Counted from the stretch's first letter, positions 38,479 to 52,049 are shown. The stretch is DNA of 64,000 nt from Octopus sinensis (GCF_006345805.1 NC_043002.1:97526001-97590000); one strand, 5' to 3'. Notes: a model not told the origin generated them from the sequence alone. Translations and numbers: made by a program.

Positions 38479-38574
38479 TTATTTATTACACACGAATAAA
38501 CGACCATATTTTATTAACCCAATAACTAAATTCTTCACGTTTAGTTGTAACTTATGAATGACAAAAGTAGTGCC

Positions 38575-38678
38575 GTCACCGTGACCCCGGGTCATCACCA
38601 TGGATTGACCAATCAGAAGCAGCGCTGTCACCGTGACCTCGGGTCATCACCATGGATTGACCAATCAGAAGCAGCGCT
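38575..38678. repeat. 52-bp tandem repeat x2, each with a CCAAT box
   Basis: gtcaccgtgacc(c/t)cgggtcatcaccatggattgaccaatcagaagcagcgct at 38575-38626 and 38627-38678. Confidence 0.95.
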
Positions 38679-39840
38679 CGCAGTATCTGACATATGTTAG
38701 ATACCAAAAATATCTCAAAGTGTTCTCACTCACATGTGTGTAATAAATGATTATATCAATGATTCGGCAATGTGAGACAATGACAGTGAAAGAGTGAACG
38801 CACTTGTTAAGCCACACTTAACTATATATTCTTCATACACACACCGCACATGCTTCTATTGTAAAACACACTTCACACATCAGACTCACTAGAATCTCAA
38901 ATCAAATTACCGTTCCGAGTTCTCTAAACACATAAAAACCAAACATCAACTGCAGCAGCAAGTGTAAGGGCCTGCAGTACTTCGAGGACGATAATCATCA
39001 CCAAGTACTGATGAGAATTAACCCCACTACTACCAACCACCACCACCATCATAATGGGTTTTTTTAGACGTCATTAAGAGGTATGCTTTTATGTATCTCC
39101 CAATTACAAGCTTTACTTTCAAATTATTCGTGAAGGCGCAATGGCCTCGTGGTTAGGGTGTTGCATACACAATCGCAAAATCGTGGTTTCGATTCCCGGG
39201 TGGTGCGTTGTGTTTTTCAGCAAAATAATCCTTTTTACTTCAGACCTGAAATTTTGCGGGAAGGGCTAGTCGATTACATCGACCCCAAAGCGTAACTGGT
39301 ACTTATTTCATCGACCCCGAAAGGATGAAAGGCAAATTCGACCCTGGCGGAATTTGAACCTAGAACATAAGAACGTAAGGACGACGAGTTAATTCGAAAA
39401 CCTCCACATGGATTTTTAACTTACAAGAAATAGCGGCTAAATCTCAAATCACACACTACAGTTTTATGAAAGGGTACTTAGATAATATGATCTTTCGTTC
39501 CCTGCGCGTAAACAGGCAGATGGTCACGGATGGAATGCTTTTAATGTTACGTCTGCATGTTTACGACAAACATGTAGCTAACGAATAAGCCTGATCTGCT
39601 AGAAATAGCTACCGAAGCTCCTTTAAATCACAGTGATGTTCTAAATAAAGAATGCATTTGACAAAACAGCTCTATTTATGCAGGGATGGCCAAAAGTCAC
39701 CCGTCAGTAAATCAAAATTCCATAAATACTTACTATTCAATTTTATTTATTCATTTCAATTAGGAATGTTTAATAATTGGATACTGTGAGTTAAAATCAC
39801 CGTTTTTTCTTTTTGGTGGTGGGGTTCAACATTTTTCAAC

Positions 39841-40253
39841 ATAGGCGCAGGAGTTGCTGTGTGGTAAGTAGCTTGCTAACCAACCACATGGTTCCGGGTT
39901 CAGTCCCACTGCGTGGCATCTTGGGCTAGTGTCTTCTGCTATAGCCCCGGTCGACCAATGCCTTGTGAGTGGATTTGGTAGACGGAAACTGAAAGAAGCC
40001 TATCGTGTATATGTATATATATATTTATGTGTGTGTATGCGTTTGTGTGTCTGTGTTTGTCTCCCAAGCATTGCTTGACAGCCGATGCTGGTGTATTTAT
40101 GTCCCCGTCACTTAGCGGTTCGGCAAAAGAGACCGATAGAATAAGTACTGGGCTTACAAAGAATAAGTCCCGGGGTCGATTTGCTCGACTAAAGGCGGTG
40201 CTCCAGGATGGCCGCAGTCAAATGACAGAAACAAGTAAAAGAGTAAAAGAGTA
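39841..40253 (+). mobile_element. SINE family A
   Basis: Full-length match. Confidence 0.9.
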
Positions 40254-40353
40254 ATTTGTCTATTTATTAGCGAAGTGTCGTATAGTTTAATTTTTTGTTT
40301 TAATCTTGGAATTAAATGGATTTTTGATTTACTGTGACTTTTGGCCAACCTTG

Positions 40354-40387
<34 letters not shown>

Positions 40388-40427
40388 TCTGTGTGTGTTA
40401 TGTGTACACACACACACACACACACAC

Positions 40428-40516
<89 letters not shown>

Positions 40517-41829
40517 ACACAAAAAGGTGATTGTTTTCAATGGAACGCATTTGATCATATCATCAGATGTCTGCTCGATGGTAGTCAACCTGGGGCTAAA
40601 CAACAGCACTGGCAAAAACAACACCAACAACAGCACCAACAGTGACCTCCCTAACGTGCGGCCCAACAACAACAACCAGCAGCACTCTAACAACACCACA
40701 AACAGCATCACAAAAGTCCGCTAATAACCATAGCAACTAAGACAGCAAGAACAGTGGCAAGGAGAAATTTCCTGTGGAAACCGATTAAAGATGGAACTGG
40801 TTCTGTGATGAGTCTTAATAAGAAGCGATAAATTTATGAAGTTAATTATCCGAATAGACATATTTCAGGAACGGGTTTCCATATGTCACACATTTAATTA
40901 TGTCCGTCGAAATGTTTATAAACGTATCAGATATACCAATTACATTATTACAGATGTTTATTTATTTCACAAATTTTACAAATATTATTCCTGGATGATG
41001 GTTTGTTTTGCTTTGCTTTTTTCGGTTTTATTTGGGGGGTTTTTTTTTTGTTATGTATTTTTGTTTGTTTTTGTGTGTTTGTTATTGTTTTTGTTTTTTG
41101 TTTTTGTTTTACATACTGCAAATTTTACTCAGATGATATTAATCATTCATTATTGCTGTAAATATAGTTATCGATGTTATCGCCGTTGCCGTTGTGTTCG
41201 TCGTCGTCGTCGTCGTCGTCGTCGTCATCGTGTTGTTGTTGTTGTTGTTGTCTTTATTATTGCTGTTCATGTTACCTTCATCGTTCTTTTGTTTATTGTA
41301 GTTTATAAATTGGTTTCGATATTGTTTTGGCAGCACACTTCACTTAGTCAGTAAATACAATCATATTATTAATTTATAGAAATATTTTTGTACATGCGCA
41401 TATGGGAGTGCTTGTTGAAACAAAGAAAGAAAGAAAGAAAGAAAGAAAAAGGAAAGAAACAAACAAACAAACAAACAAACAAAATATGTTGTGGGGTATT
41501 TTGTAAATTCGGTAATTGATCTTATTCAGAGAAATGCCCCCCTCCCCCACCGCCACACCACTTGACAATTCTCATTTTTTATGCATCATACTGTAAAGTA
41601 ATTTTATAACTATTTATTTTCGTTTTTAGTATCCAATTTCACCGAAATTATTCTTAATTTTGGCAGACGAACTTGGGCATTTTTGTGACCAAAACAAAGG
41701 AAAATATGTCTTGTAGTTCGACTGACATAGTCTTGTTTTTTTTTGTTGTTTTTTTGTTTCTTTTTAAATCATGTTCTTTAAAGAATTGCAGTGAAATAAA
41801 ACTAAATTTGGCTTCCGAGTAAAATCTTT

Positions 41830-42205
41830 TCTACTCTTGGGACAAGGCCCGAAATTTTGGGGGGAAAGGGGCAGTCGATTACATCGACCCCAGTACGCAA
41901 CTGGTACTTAATTTATCGATCTAGAAAGGATGAAAGGCAAAGTCAGCCTCGGCGGAATATGAAATCAGAACGTAAAGACAGACGAAATACCTATTTCTTT
42001 ACTACCCACAAGGGGCTAAACACAGAGGGGACAAACAAGGACAGACAAACGGATTAAGTCGCTTACATCGGCCCCAGTGCGTAACTGCTACTTATTTAAT
42101 CGACCCCGAAAGGATGAAAGGCAAAGTCGACCTCGGCGGAATTTGAACTCAGAACGTAACGGCAGACGAAATACGGCTACGCATTTCGCCCGGCATGCTA
42201 ACGTG
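41830..42205 (-). mobile_element. SINE family C, concatenated units
   Basis: Two consecutive family C bodies. Confidence 0.8.
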
Positions 42206-43559
42206 TCTTAATTTTTTTTATTATCCATAAGGACATACATAGAAGGGACAGCACAATGAAATCGAATGATTTTACAAGAAATGCAATTGGGGTCCTTTTA
42301 CGCCATGGAAACCGAGTAACCAGTCTTAGGAGTCTCAGAGCTCAAGAAAAACATTATTTCATTATAAAGCAATACATAGCTCATTCTATGCTTAGTATAT
42401 ATTTCATTATTTTCTCGTTTTTAAGGTTGCGAACTGGAAGAACCGTTAGCAACGGCGAATCGGACAAATTTCTTGGGAGTATTTCTTCCGACTCGTTTCG
42501 TTTTAAGTTCAAATTCCTCCGAGATCGACTTTACCTTTTGTCTCTTCAAAATCGATAAAACAAGCAACAGTCGAGTACTAGAGTCGATGCAATCGATCAT
42601 CCTCCTCCCTATAACTTTCAGTTCGATATTAGAAAGAATTATTTCATGATTATATCCTTCATATAATTATTTTATAACTGTAATATAAACCATTTTGATC
42701 TCTCACCTTTTATACCGCTAGCAATCATCTTATATTCACTTAACAATTCAAAATTTATACTTGTTATATTATGGATGTATAATATTTCACTATATTGTAA
42801 GAGATATCTTATTCTATGGTAAGTATGTGTTATCTTATAATTATATTACGCTTTAGTAAATTTAAAACAATATGATCTCTCGCTTTTAGCCACTCTAGAT
42901 ATCTTCAAATATTCTAGCTATCTGATAACTCATCGTATTGTTACTCCACTTTATTGTAAGTATCTGATATCTCAAAGGAGGTAAATTTATACAGTATAGT
43001 TTAGGTTAATTTCAGTCGTCTATCATAATTTTACATTGATAAAATTTTAAGAATGTACTCAACTATTGTGATAGGAAGAGTGGCATAGGAGGCGCGGTAA
43101 CCCGTTGCAAACAGTTGCTTTCTCGGAATGTGTTTCATTGTCAGAGCACCGGCTTCCACCCCTCAACAGTTTTACGATTGTGGCGGAATATTCCCCGTTT
43201 TCCTTCCCCTATTTTTATAAATGTTTGTCTTACAAACTCTAGTTATTGTTTTTATTTGTTTATTTTATACTGATTTTGGTTGATTTCAATTATTTAATCT
43301 TAGAGGGAACAAAGTTTTCGGTATTAAATACGCAAAGGCAGCAAGCTGGCAGAATCGTTGGCACGCCGGGTAAAGTTCTTAGCAGCATTTCATCCGTATT
43401 TACGTTCTGAGTTCGAATTCCACCGAGGTTGACTTTGCCTTTCATCCAATCAGGATCAACAAAATAAGTACCAGTTGAACACTGGGGTCTATTTAATCGA
43501 CTTACTCATTCTCCAACGCTGCTGGCCTTGAGCCACAATTTGAAACCGATATTACAGAT

Positions 43560-43655
43560 AGAAAAATTGCAAATGTGTTCCTCAGAAAAATTGCAAATGT
43601 GTTCCTCAGAAAAATTGCAAATGTGTTCCTCAGAAAAATTGCAAATGTGTTCCTC
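43560..43655. repeat. 24-bp perfect tandem repeat x4 (agaaaaattgcaaatgtgttcctc)
   Basis: Counted directly; no spacers. Confidence 0.95.
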
Positions 43656-45432
43656 ACTAAGTCTTTAATGCTTCCTTCACTGCAGTCTCGTCGATGTCTT
43701 GCGAAGGAAGTGCTTTAGTTGTTCAAATCCGGACACGATTTCCATCAGGTTCATTGTTGTATCTAGTGGAACCAATGCAAACTAAAAAAAAAAATAGCTT
43801 GAATCTATGCCTTTGGCTACGTCAAGTTGGTAGTATTGATCTGCTAAGTCGAACAATGATACAGTCTTTACGTGCTCACTCGATTGCCAGAAATAGAATC
43901 AAATCTCCTTCAAACCATATATTCGTGCCTTTAAAGGACACGCTGAAAAATATAGTCTAAAGTACACGTTGTATGAAAAGTAGATTTAATGGTAATATTT
44001 GACATACCTTTGTCATAAGTCCGCTTTTTCAATTTTGGCTTAGGATTAATCTACAACAAGAACGGTTTCCCCATTTCTACTGAACTCCAGCAATCAAAAA
44101 AAGGTTGATGTGTTCCATATGCCTCTGATTCCAGCTGCCAAGCCTGTTTCACAAACGACAGCGATCATGGACTTCCATGCCGAATTCTAAAGATTCATAA
44201 TTTGGTGGCGGGGATGCGGTAAATTTGCAGCTTACTCTGCTACTACTCTCCTCCTCTTCTGGACTTAATTTTGAGGCACAGAGCTTGTCGGTAGGCACAC
44301 TGGCACACGTGACATGAAGGCCTGTCAACACACACATGTATACTGGTGAATTTCTGTAACATATCTCTAGGGACCATCCCGCCGCCGAATCCTATATGGT
44401 TAGGTCACTAGATAGTTTTCTGCTATTTGATCCATTACTGGGGCCTTTTACTGGTACTACTACACTGAACATACGTAGGAGTAGCGGTAACTAAGGGGTT
44501 ACCCTGTACTCCCAAAAACTCTTGGACTCCCACGCTCTAACCACTTTCGTTTCACTGGTTGAAGTTTAATGTCTTACCTAAGACAAATTCCATTACAAAT
44601 TTTACACGTATGTCCTCACTGATGCTTGCACCAGCGCATTCCACTCTATTTCTTCCTCCCTCATACCAGAGTTCACGTGTACTTTTAGAATTAATGAATC
44701 AATCTTGCTAATTATGGCTGTCTGAAACGTTTAGAGATTAGAAAAATAACAAAACGTTCTCCACCTTTGTCTGATTGTCAAAAGTCATTGTCTAGTAATT
44801 GTCTAGGACTCTGGAACATTTCTGCATACATATGAGACAAATGAGATTCCACGCAGTCATTGTCAGTCTCACGATCGTAACGTCGTAGGTTCGATTCCCA
44901 CAGTGGGTACTTCATTTCATCTGGCTCGAATCCGCTTAACTAATAAATGGGTAACGTGCATCGGCTTCTCAGCAGTGCTTCGGAAATCATAAGATGAAAA
45001 TCTTTCAAATGTAAGATGTTAACAGCGCCATTGGTGGTTACACAAGTTGGATAATTATTGCCTCCCAACATGCAAAGTTAAGCAAAACACTTGTAACTTT
45101 CGAAGCACTGCTGTTGCTTATATCATTTGTTTAATTCGGTCAGCTGAAATGATCGCAAGAGAATTAAACGTCTTAAACTATACTCACCACCGCTTTGGTA
45201 ACTCTATTAAAAAAAAGGGAAGAAAATAAGTGTTGAACGCAGTGTCGCTCTGAAAACAGAAGCAAGATTGAGTACTTTACCCTTATAAGACAGGAAAAAA
45301 TTTCCTAGCAGAAGGCTACAGGTATTGAAACCGTACCCTTCAGAGACCGGCTGAGAACTCTACCATATATGCGTATAAGAAGGGATGATCACTAAGTGGA
45401 CATCCAATATGCTAGAAATAGATCACCTACGA

Positions 45433-45468
<36 letters not shown>

Positions 45469-45569
45469 ATACAACCGACTTCCTCAATAGGCGCGGGAGT
45501 GGGTGTGTGGTAAGTAGCTTGTCTACCAACCACATGACATCCAATATGCTAGAAATAGATCACCTACGA

Positions 45570-45626
<57 letters not shown>

Positions 45627-45709
45627 ATATATATATAGATATATATATATATATATATATTAATATATATATATATATATATCTATATATAATACAACCG
45701 ACTTCCTCA

Positions 45710-46130
45710 ATAGGCGCGGGAGTGGGTGTGTGGTAAGTAGCTTGTCTACCAACCACATGATTCCGGGTTCAGTCCCACTGCGTGGCACCTTGGGCAAGTG
45801 TCTTCTACTATAGCCTCGGGCCGACCAAAGCCTTGTGAGTGGATTTGGTAGACGGAAACTGAAAGAAGCCCGTCGTATATATGTATATATATATATATGC
45901 GTGTGTGTGTTTGTGTGTCTGTATTTGTCCCCCTAGCATTGCTTGACAACCGATGCTGGTGTGTTTATGTCCCCGTTACTTAGCGATTCGGCAAAAGAGA
46001 CCGATAAAATAAGTACTGGGCTTACAAAAGAATAAGTCCCGGGGTCGATTTGCTCGATTAAAGGCGGTGCTCCAGCATGGCCGCAGTCAAATGACTGAAA
46101 CAAGTAAAAAGAGTAAAAAAAAAAGAATAA
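45710..46130 (+). mobile_element. SINE family A; its head is also duplicated at 45487-45537
   Basis: Full-length match; part of the 45399-45760 tandem duplication. Confidence 0.9.
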
Positions 46131-47400
46131 AAAAAAAAGAGCCATCTACTAAATTCTTTTCTCAAGCTAGTAGTCAAACGAAGGATGTAGTAGATGACAT
46201 CTGCCTGCCAAAAGTGTTGTGCAAAGATACCGAACCTGGAACCACAGGGTTTTGAAAGGAACTTATTAATCACCCATGCCTCTGTCGTATTTGAGACCGT
46301 TTTATTCCCTAAGTACTTCTGTTATGTGTCATTTCGTTTTTTAATTAACGACTCTGCCATTCCTATTTACATACTCTGTCACGTTTTAATGGCATTTTGC
46401 ACGTTGCCTTTCGACGGAAATTTTCTTGTATTTCATTATGATTGAATTAAAGCCAACTTCTCCAGTGTCTGTTGTTGATGTTGTTTAATTTTTTGTTGCT
46501 GATGTTTTCTTAATGAAGGAAGAGATATCAAAGCTTTCCAGACTAACTGGACAAAGGAAGAATGCTACCGTCAGACCAGAGACGTGGTTCGACTAATTTC
46601 AGTGGAATCTGCTCAGTTTTCGACAGGTTTGCGAGCTGCTTTTAAACCTTGCGACGTATTGGATCTAACGTCTACCAACAGGAATTGTTTGACTACTTGG
46701 CACCGACACAGTTTATTTCTATCAAATGTTTTATTCGATCCGAGGCAACGATCGAAAATACTTGATCTGTGTACTGTGCGGTGGAATTTAACCGGAAAAA
46801 CGTTTGTTACGAGACAAATGTCTTACATACACAACAACAACCGCACTTATTTTCAACTTATTAATTGAACTACTGCCATGCACTGAATTCTTGATGCGAG
46901 TTATGTCTCTTTCGTTTTGTTCTTTTAATATTATTACTCACGGTGTTGCAATTAATATTTTATTTCTTATTCTATCCGAATCTTATCTATGTGCCGTCTC
47001 TTCAATTAGACTTAACTTAATCTATTTTTGGCTTGTTCAAGTGCTTCATAATATATTTACTTTTACGTTGTAGGTATCTCTTGTTTACTTGTAATCAGTT
47101 TATGTGTGATTGTACTTAACTGTTTCACTACGCTGTGTACTGTGCTTTTGTGTTCGGTCAGATAATATTGATTTGATCAGTCTTGGAGTCTTGGTATCTT
47201 CTTTCCTGTTTTCAACTGGCGCTTTTTGATCAGGCTATCAACGATCAACTTTAAGATGCAATATTGAGATGATGAAGAAATCGATAATCAACAGAAGTGC
47301 TTAGGATTATCCCGTGGGAGCGGGTGAGTGGGTGGGTTATATGTGCGGGCATCAACTTATGTTTGTATGGGTAATGTTTCTTTCCCCCCTCTCTCTCCCT

Positions 47401-47454
<54 letters not shown>

Positions 47455-47714
47455 CTGTCCCTATATTTTTATCTTTCCTCTTTTACTTATTTCAGTCAGT
47501 AGATTGCGGCCGTGCTGTGGCGCTGCTTCGAAGAATATTTTAATTCAATGAATAGACCAGTGTACTTATTTTTCTTCAATCTGGTACTTATTCTATCGGT
47601 CTCTTCTGCAGAATGCTAAGTGACGAGGACGTAAACACACCAACACCGGTTGTCAAACTGCGGCGGAGGACAGACACACACACACACCACACACGCATGC
47701 ACGCACACACGCAC

Positions 47715-47779
<65 letters not shown>

Positions 47780-47920
47780 TAACGGCAAGCTTCATTCAGT
47801 TTCCGTCAATCAAATCTCTTTGGATGATCCGAAGTGCTTTGGATGATCCGAAGTGCTTACCCAAAGTACTACGCAGTGGGACTGAACGCAGAACCATGTG
47901 GTTGGGAAGCAAACTTATTA

Positions 47921-47951
<31 letters not shown>

Positions 47952-47990
47952 ATATATTATATATATATATAATATATATATATATATATA

Positions 47991-48334
47991 ATTTACAAGA
48001 GGCAAAAGAAAAATTCTAATGCCAAATATGCCGAAACAAAAATTGTCAATAACCATTATAATTTATGTGTCTCGAAACAAACCGATAGAAATTTCTAAAA
48101 AAATTCGTTATTACCGTATTGGTCCAATTTCGGAGTTAATTCTTAAGAATTTTCTCCTCTTCAGCGGCAAATACGCGAGATATAAGTGAAATACTTACTC
48201 ATACCCATGGAAAAAGCTTTTTTTAGAAATTTCTATCGGTTTGTTTCGAGACACATAAATTATAATGGTTATTGACAATTTTTGTTTCGGCATATTTGGC
48301 ATTAGAATTTTTCTTTTGCCCTTATCTTGTAAAT
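47991..48334. mobile_element. Foldback element with 103-bp perfect inverted repeats enclosing a hammerhead ribozyme
   Basis: 48001-48103 is the exact reverse complement of 48218-48320; 114-bp spacer. Confidence 0.9.
48111..48170 (-). ncRNA. Canonical type-I hammerhead ribozyme
   Basis: UUGCCG-CUGAAGA-GGAG-(18 nt)-CUCC-GAAA-UUGG-A-CCAA-UA-CGGUAA. Confidence 0.85.
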
Positions 48335-48419
48335 TATTTATGAGTTTAACCTTTAAAGGTATTTTTTGATATGCTGGCCATTGATGAAATTTTTTTCCCG
48401 AAAAGAATTTTATCCTACA

Positions 48420-48424
48420 TTAAT

Positions 48425-48455
<31 letters not shown>

Positions 48456-48708
48456 ATATATATATATATATTATATATACATTATATATATATATAATAT
48501 ATATATATATATAATTATATATACATTATATATATATATATATTAATATATATATAATATATTATATATACATTATATATATAATATAATATATATTATA
48601 TATATTATATATACATTATATATATATATATATATATTATATATACATTATATATATATATATATATTATATATACATTATATATATATATATATATTAT
48701 ATATACAT

Positions 48709-48743
<35 letters not shown>

Positions 48744-48779
48744 CATTATATATATTATATATATAGTATATATATTATA

Positions 48780-48854
<75 letters not shown>

Positions 48855-48855
48855 T
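48420..48855. repeat. Long (TA)n-derived microsatellite
   Basis: Seen directly. Confidence 0.95.
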
Positions 48856-49176
48856 TGGGGCTCGTTAGAAAATAAAAAATCCCGTAGCAGTGGATTAGTG
48901 GGACGGTGTAACTGGTGGACCGCATAGTATAAATGTATGAATATGTCTATCTTTCCCTCTTTCTCTTTATGTAGTTATCGCCTAATCCCCGCAGTACCAC
49001 AGTGCTGAATTTCAATGTGTTTTAGTATTCTACCTGCCCTTTGTTACAACTCATTAAAGGCTTTGCTAATTTTGGCGGCACTGTTCTTCATATTTCAGAT
49101 TTTTCAAACACTTTTTACTTTTCTTTCTCTTTCTATCTTTTATTTCTAATCACTTTACTCTCTCTCACTCTCTATC

Positions 49177-49209
<33 letters not shown>

Positions 49210-49210
49210 A

Positions 49211-49243
<33 letters not shown>

Positions 49244-49499
49244 CGTTGTAACTCTCAGTGTCGTAATGACACTGTTAAAAATTCCACGTATCAAGGTCAA
49301 TAGAGACACTCCTGCATGGAATTGATGCACACAGATGATGTCATCGACCATGCAGCCCTCGATCAGCTCGAGAATACGAATAACTAGATATTAAAAAAAA
49401 AATTGGGCCGCATTCAAACTATCTATACTAAATTCAATAAACAAGACAGAGAAATTATGAAAGGGACATCTTATAATAATGATTTAAAATTTTTGGTTA

Positions 49500-49886
49500 C
49501 GTCGATTACATCGACCCCAGTGTTCAACTGGTACTTGTTTTATTGACCCCGGAAAGGCGATAGTCAAAGTGGACTTCGGTGGAATTTGAACTCAGAACGT
49601 GAGGATGGATGAAATTTTGCCCAGCGTACTAACGATTCTGCCAGTTCGCCACCTTTGAGACATCATATAATCCTTTCTACTTTAGGCACAAGGCTTGAAA
49701 TTTGTGGGGAGGGGACTAGTCGATTATATCGACCCCAGTGTTTCACTGGTACTTAATTTATCGACCCCGATAGGATGAAAAGCAAAGTCGACCTCTGCAG
49801 AATTTGAATCCAGAACGTAGCAACGGGCGAAATACCGCTAAAAATTTCGTCCAACGTGCTAACGATTCTGTCTGCTCACCGCCTTA
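49500..49886 (-). mobile_element. Two adjacent family C-type SINEs; the second has a 15-bp TSD
   Basis: gagacatcatataat at 49657-49671 and 49887-49901. Confidence 0.8.
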
Positions 49887-50059
49887 GAGACATCATATAA
49901 TATAATACATGTCAATAAAAATAAACCCAAATTTACTGCACACCAAGTGTCTGTTTGTTGCTGTATTTTTAAATGGTTAGGCAAGGAACTAGAATTTGCT
50001 CTTTTAATGTTCAGTTTGGAACGGGAAAAATGTTATTAATTAGTCAGTCTGTCAAAATC

Positions 50060-50650
50060 TGTCAACATAAAACCATATCCATTGCAGTTGTTTCTTCAGA
50101 TGCTGCTCTTACAATCCATCTTGGAATCTTGTAGCACATCCTGCTTTCAAGTTCATCTTGGATTTGAGCATAAAGGATACACTTCTTTGAAATAGTACAA
50201 GAATTCGGAAAAATGTGGGTTTTTAAGACGCTAAATAATTTGTCTGGAATAAATGCACAATGACTTACAAGAGACCTCTGAAGTTGCTGGGAAATTCGAA
50301 AACAGATCTCCAGTGGGAGGTATAACAATAGTGTTGTGAGATCCCAAAACAAAATGAAAAGTTGATCAAATTAGGAAATATATTGAATTGTAATTGATTT
50401 GGACCAAAGTCTTGAAATAGTTTACAAACATGAAAGTGAGTCATTTTGGAGTTCAGTTGCATGGCCATTTTGCCAAAAACGTATTACAAGTTTGGGAGGG
50501 AAGATTTTGTTTCATGGTCCAGGCTCCAACTCCAATCGTATAGTCCTTAAAAGCCTACGAATTCATAGTAAAAGTGTTCCTTGATCTGCAACTTTATTAA
50601 CTATAAATGGCTGTGCTTTAAAAATTGCTTCATTGACATCAACTCGCAGC
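50060..50650 (-). pseudogene. Decayed SPIN/Charlie-like hAT transposase C-terminus
   Basis: Scattered motifs FQDFGPNQLQFNIFPN, YLPLEICFRISQQLQR and RAASEETTAMDMVLC; heavily decayed. Confidence 0.45.
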
Positions 50651-50684
50651 TGATGCAGGAGATTCCAAGAAATAATCATACCGA

Positions 50685-51235
50685 ATAGATGATGTTATGG
50701 ATCAGAAAGAAATAGTTCGTTATCCAGCAGATTTTTAAAATTTTAAAGAACCTTCAAATGTGTAGATCTTAAGGAAAAAACCTATTCCCCAGACTGCTGC
50801 TACGTTATTTAACTCCGCTACAGCTATGCAATGGTTAAGCAGTTTATGTTAGATATCGTAGAGACTGCGAATCTCAATAGTGTGTCAGAAAAGAGGATGC
50901 AATAACACCTGTAATTCCACTCCTACCAACAGGTATACCCTTTAAGACTTCAGTTTCCTTCTCACCTATATTTTGCCATGGCAATCAATAAATCCCAATG
51001 GCAAACAGCTGCTGGAATGCATCATGAAGAATATTGCTTTGCTAATGGCCAATTTTATGGAAGTTACTCAACAGCTGGGAACTCCTATAATCTATTCATT
51101 TATGCCCAAATTGGTAAAACGAAAATTATTTTATATCCTGAGGTGTTTCATGACAATATTCAGAATTATCACGACTATGATGGATACAGCCTAGGGTTCA
51201 TCACATCTAATATAATTCAATTTTTTATCACTACA
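50685..51235 (+). pseudogene. Helitron RepHel (PIF1-like helicase) C-terminal remnant
   Basis: DDVMDQKEIVRYPADF, LLRYLTPLQLCNG, RLQFPSHLYFAMAINKSQWQT...EEYCFANGQFY...NLFIYAQIGKTKIILYPEV (resembles FAMTINKSQGQT...PCFSHGQLYVA...GKTKNIVYPEVL). Confidence 0.85.
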
Positions 51236-51851
51236 TCTTTTGCAGTTTTAATATTCAATATCAGAATGATATTTCCATGAACGGTTTCTATTCATTTTTC
51301 AAATTATTTTTGAGAATTAAAGTATATCAAGAGATAATATATCAAATAATGGTGTGAAATTAAATAAAAGTATTTCCACGTTTATTTAGTTTTGCGTTTA
51401 ATTTGTTTCAATATATCAGAAACACAAATTGCGAATATACTTTTAATATTATGAATATATCTGTGAGTGGGTGTAATAGACATTGAACAGCAATAAACCT
51501 ATTAGATTTCAATTTAGTTTGTTTTATTACATGAAAATTATAGTTATATTAAAACGAATAGAACTTCATTACGAACAATTTATTGCTACATTAGATCTTG
51601 GAGAACGCCGAATATTCTTATATTCGTGCTTATGTGTGCGTATGTACCTCTCTGTGTGTGTGTGTACTTAGATACGTTTTCTTTTTCTAATCATCTTCCT
51701 TTTATTTTGCCCGCCATTGTTTTTCATTTTTATATTGTTCCTGATGAAGAACTAACATCCGACACGTCAAGTGACCCTTCTTTTAAACTAATACATTTGT
51801 TTAAAAACTCGTCCCTTCTGCGCTGTCTTTGTGTGCATGTGTGTATGCGAG

Positions 51852-51882
<31 letters not shown>

Positions 51883-52049
51883 CTGTGTGTCTGTGTGTGT
51901 GTGTGTGTTTGTGTGTGTATGCTGAATGTCTTATACGACGCATATGCAGGGAAATTGTGATTAGTTCGTTGGAGACCTGTACCAACCAACAATACTCTCT
52001 ACAGATAGCAATATAAAGGAATGAATACAGTTCTATATTTTTTTTATTT

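Noticed and set aside
40527-40724. N/Q-rich ORF as a possible exon
   Set aside because: Degenerate (AAC)n; stops in the alternative frames and no splice donor found.
44149-44337. 62-aa minus-strand ORF with SPEEEESSS and PPPNYESL
   Set aside because: No recognisable domain or splice sites, and the flanking frames are full of stops.
51735-51775. ctgatgaagaactaacatccgacacgtc hammerhead-like string
   Set aside because: GACA instead of GAAA, mismatched stem II and no stem I.
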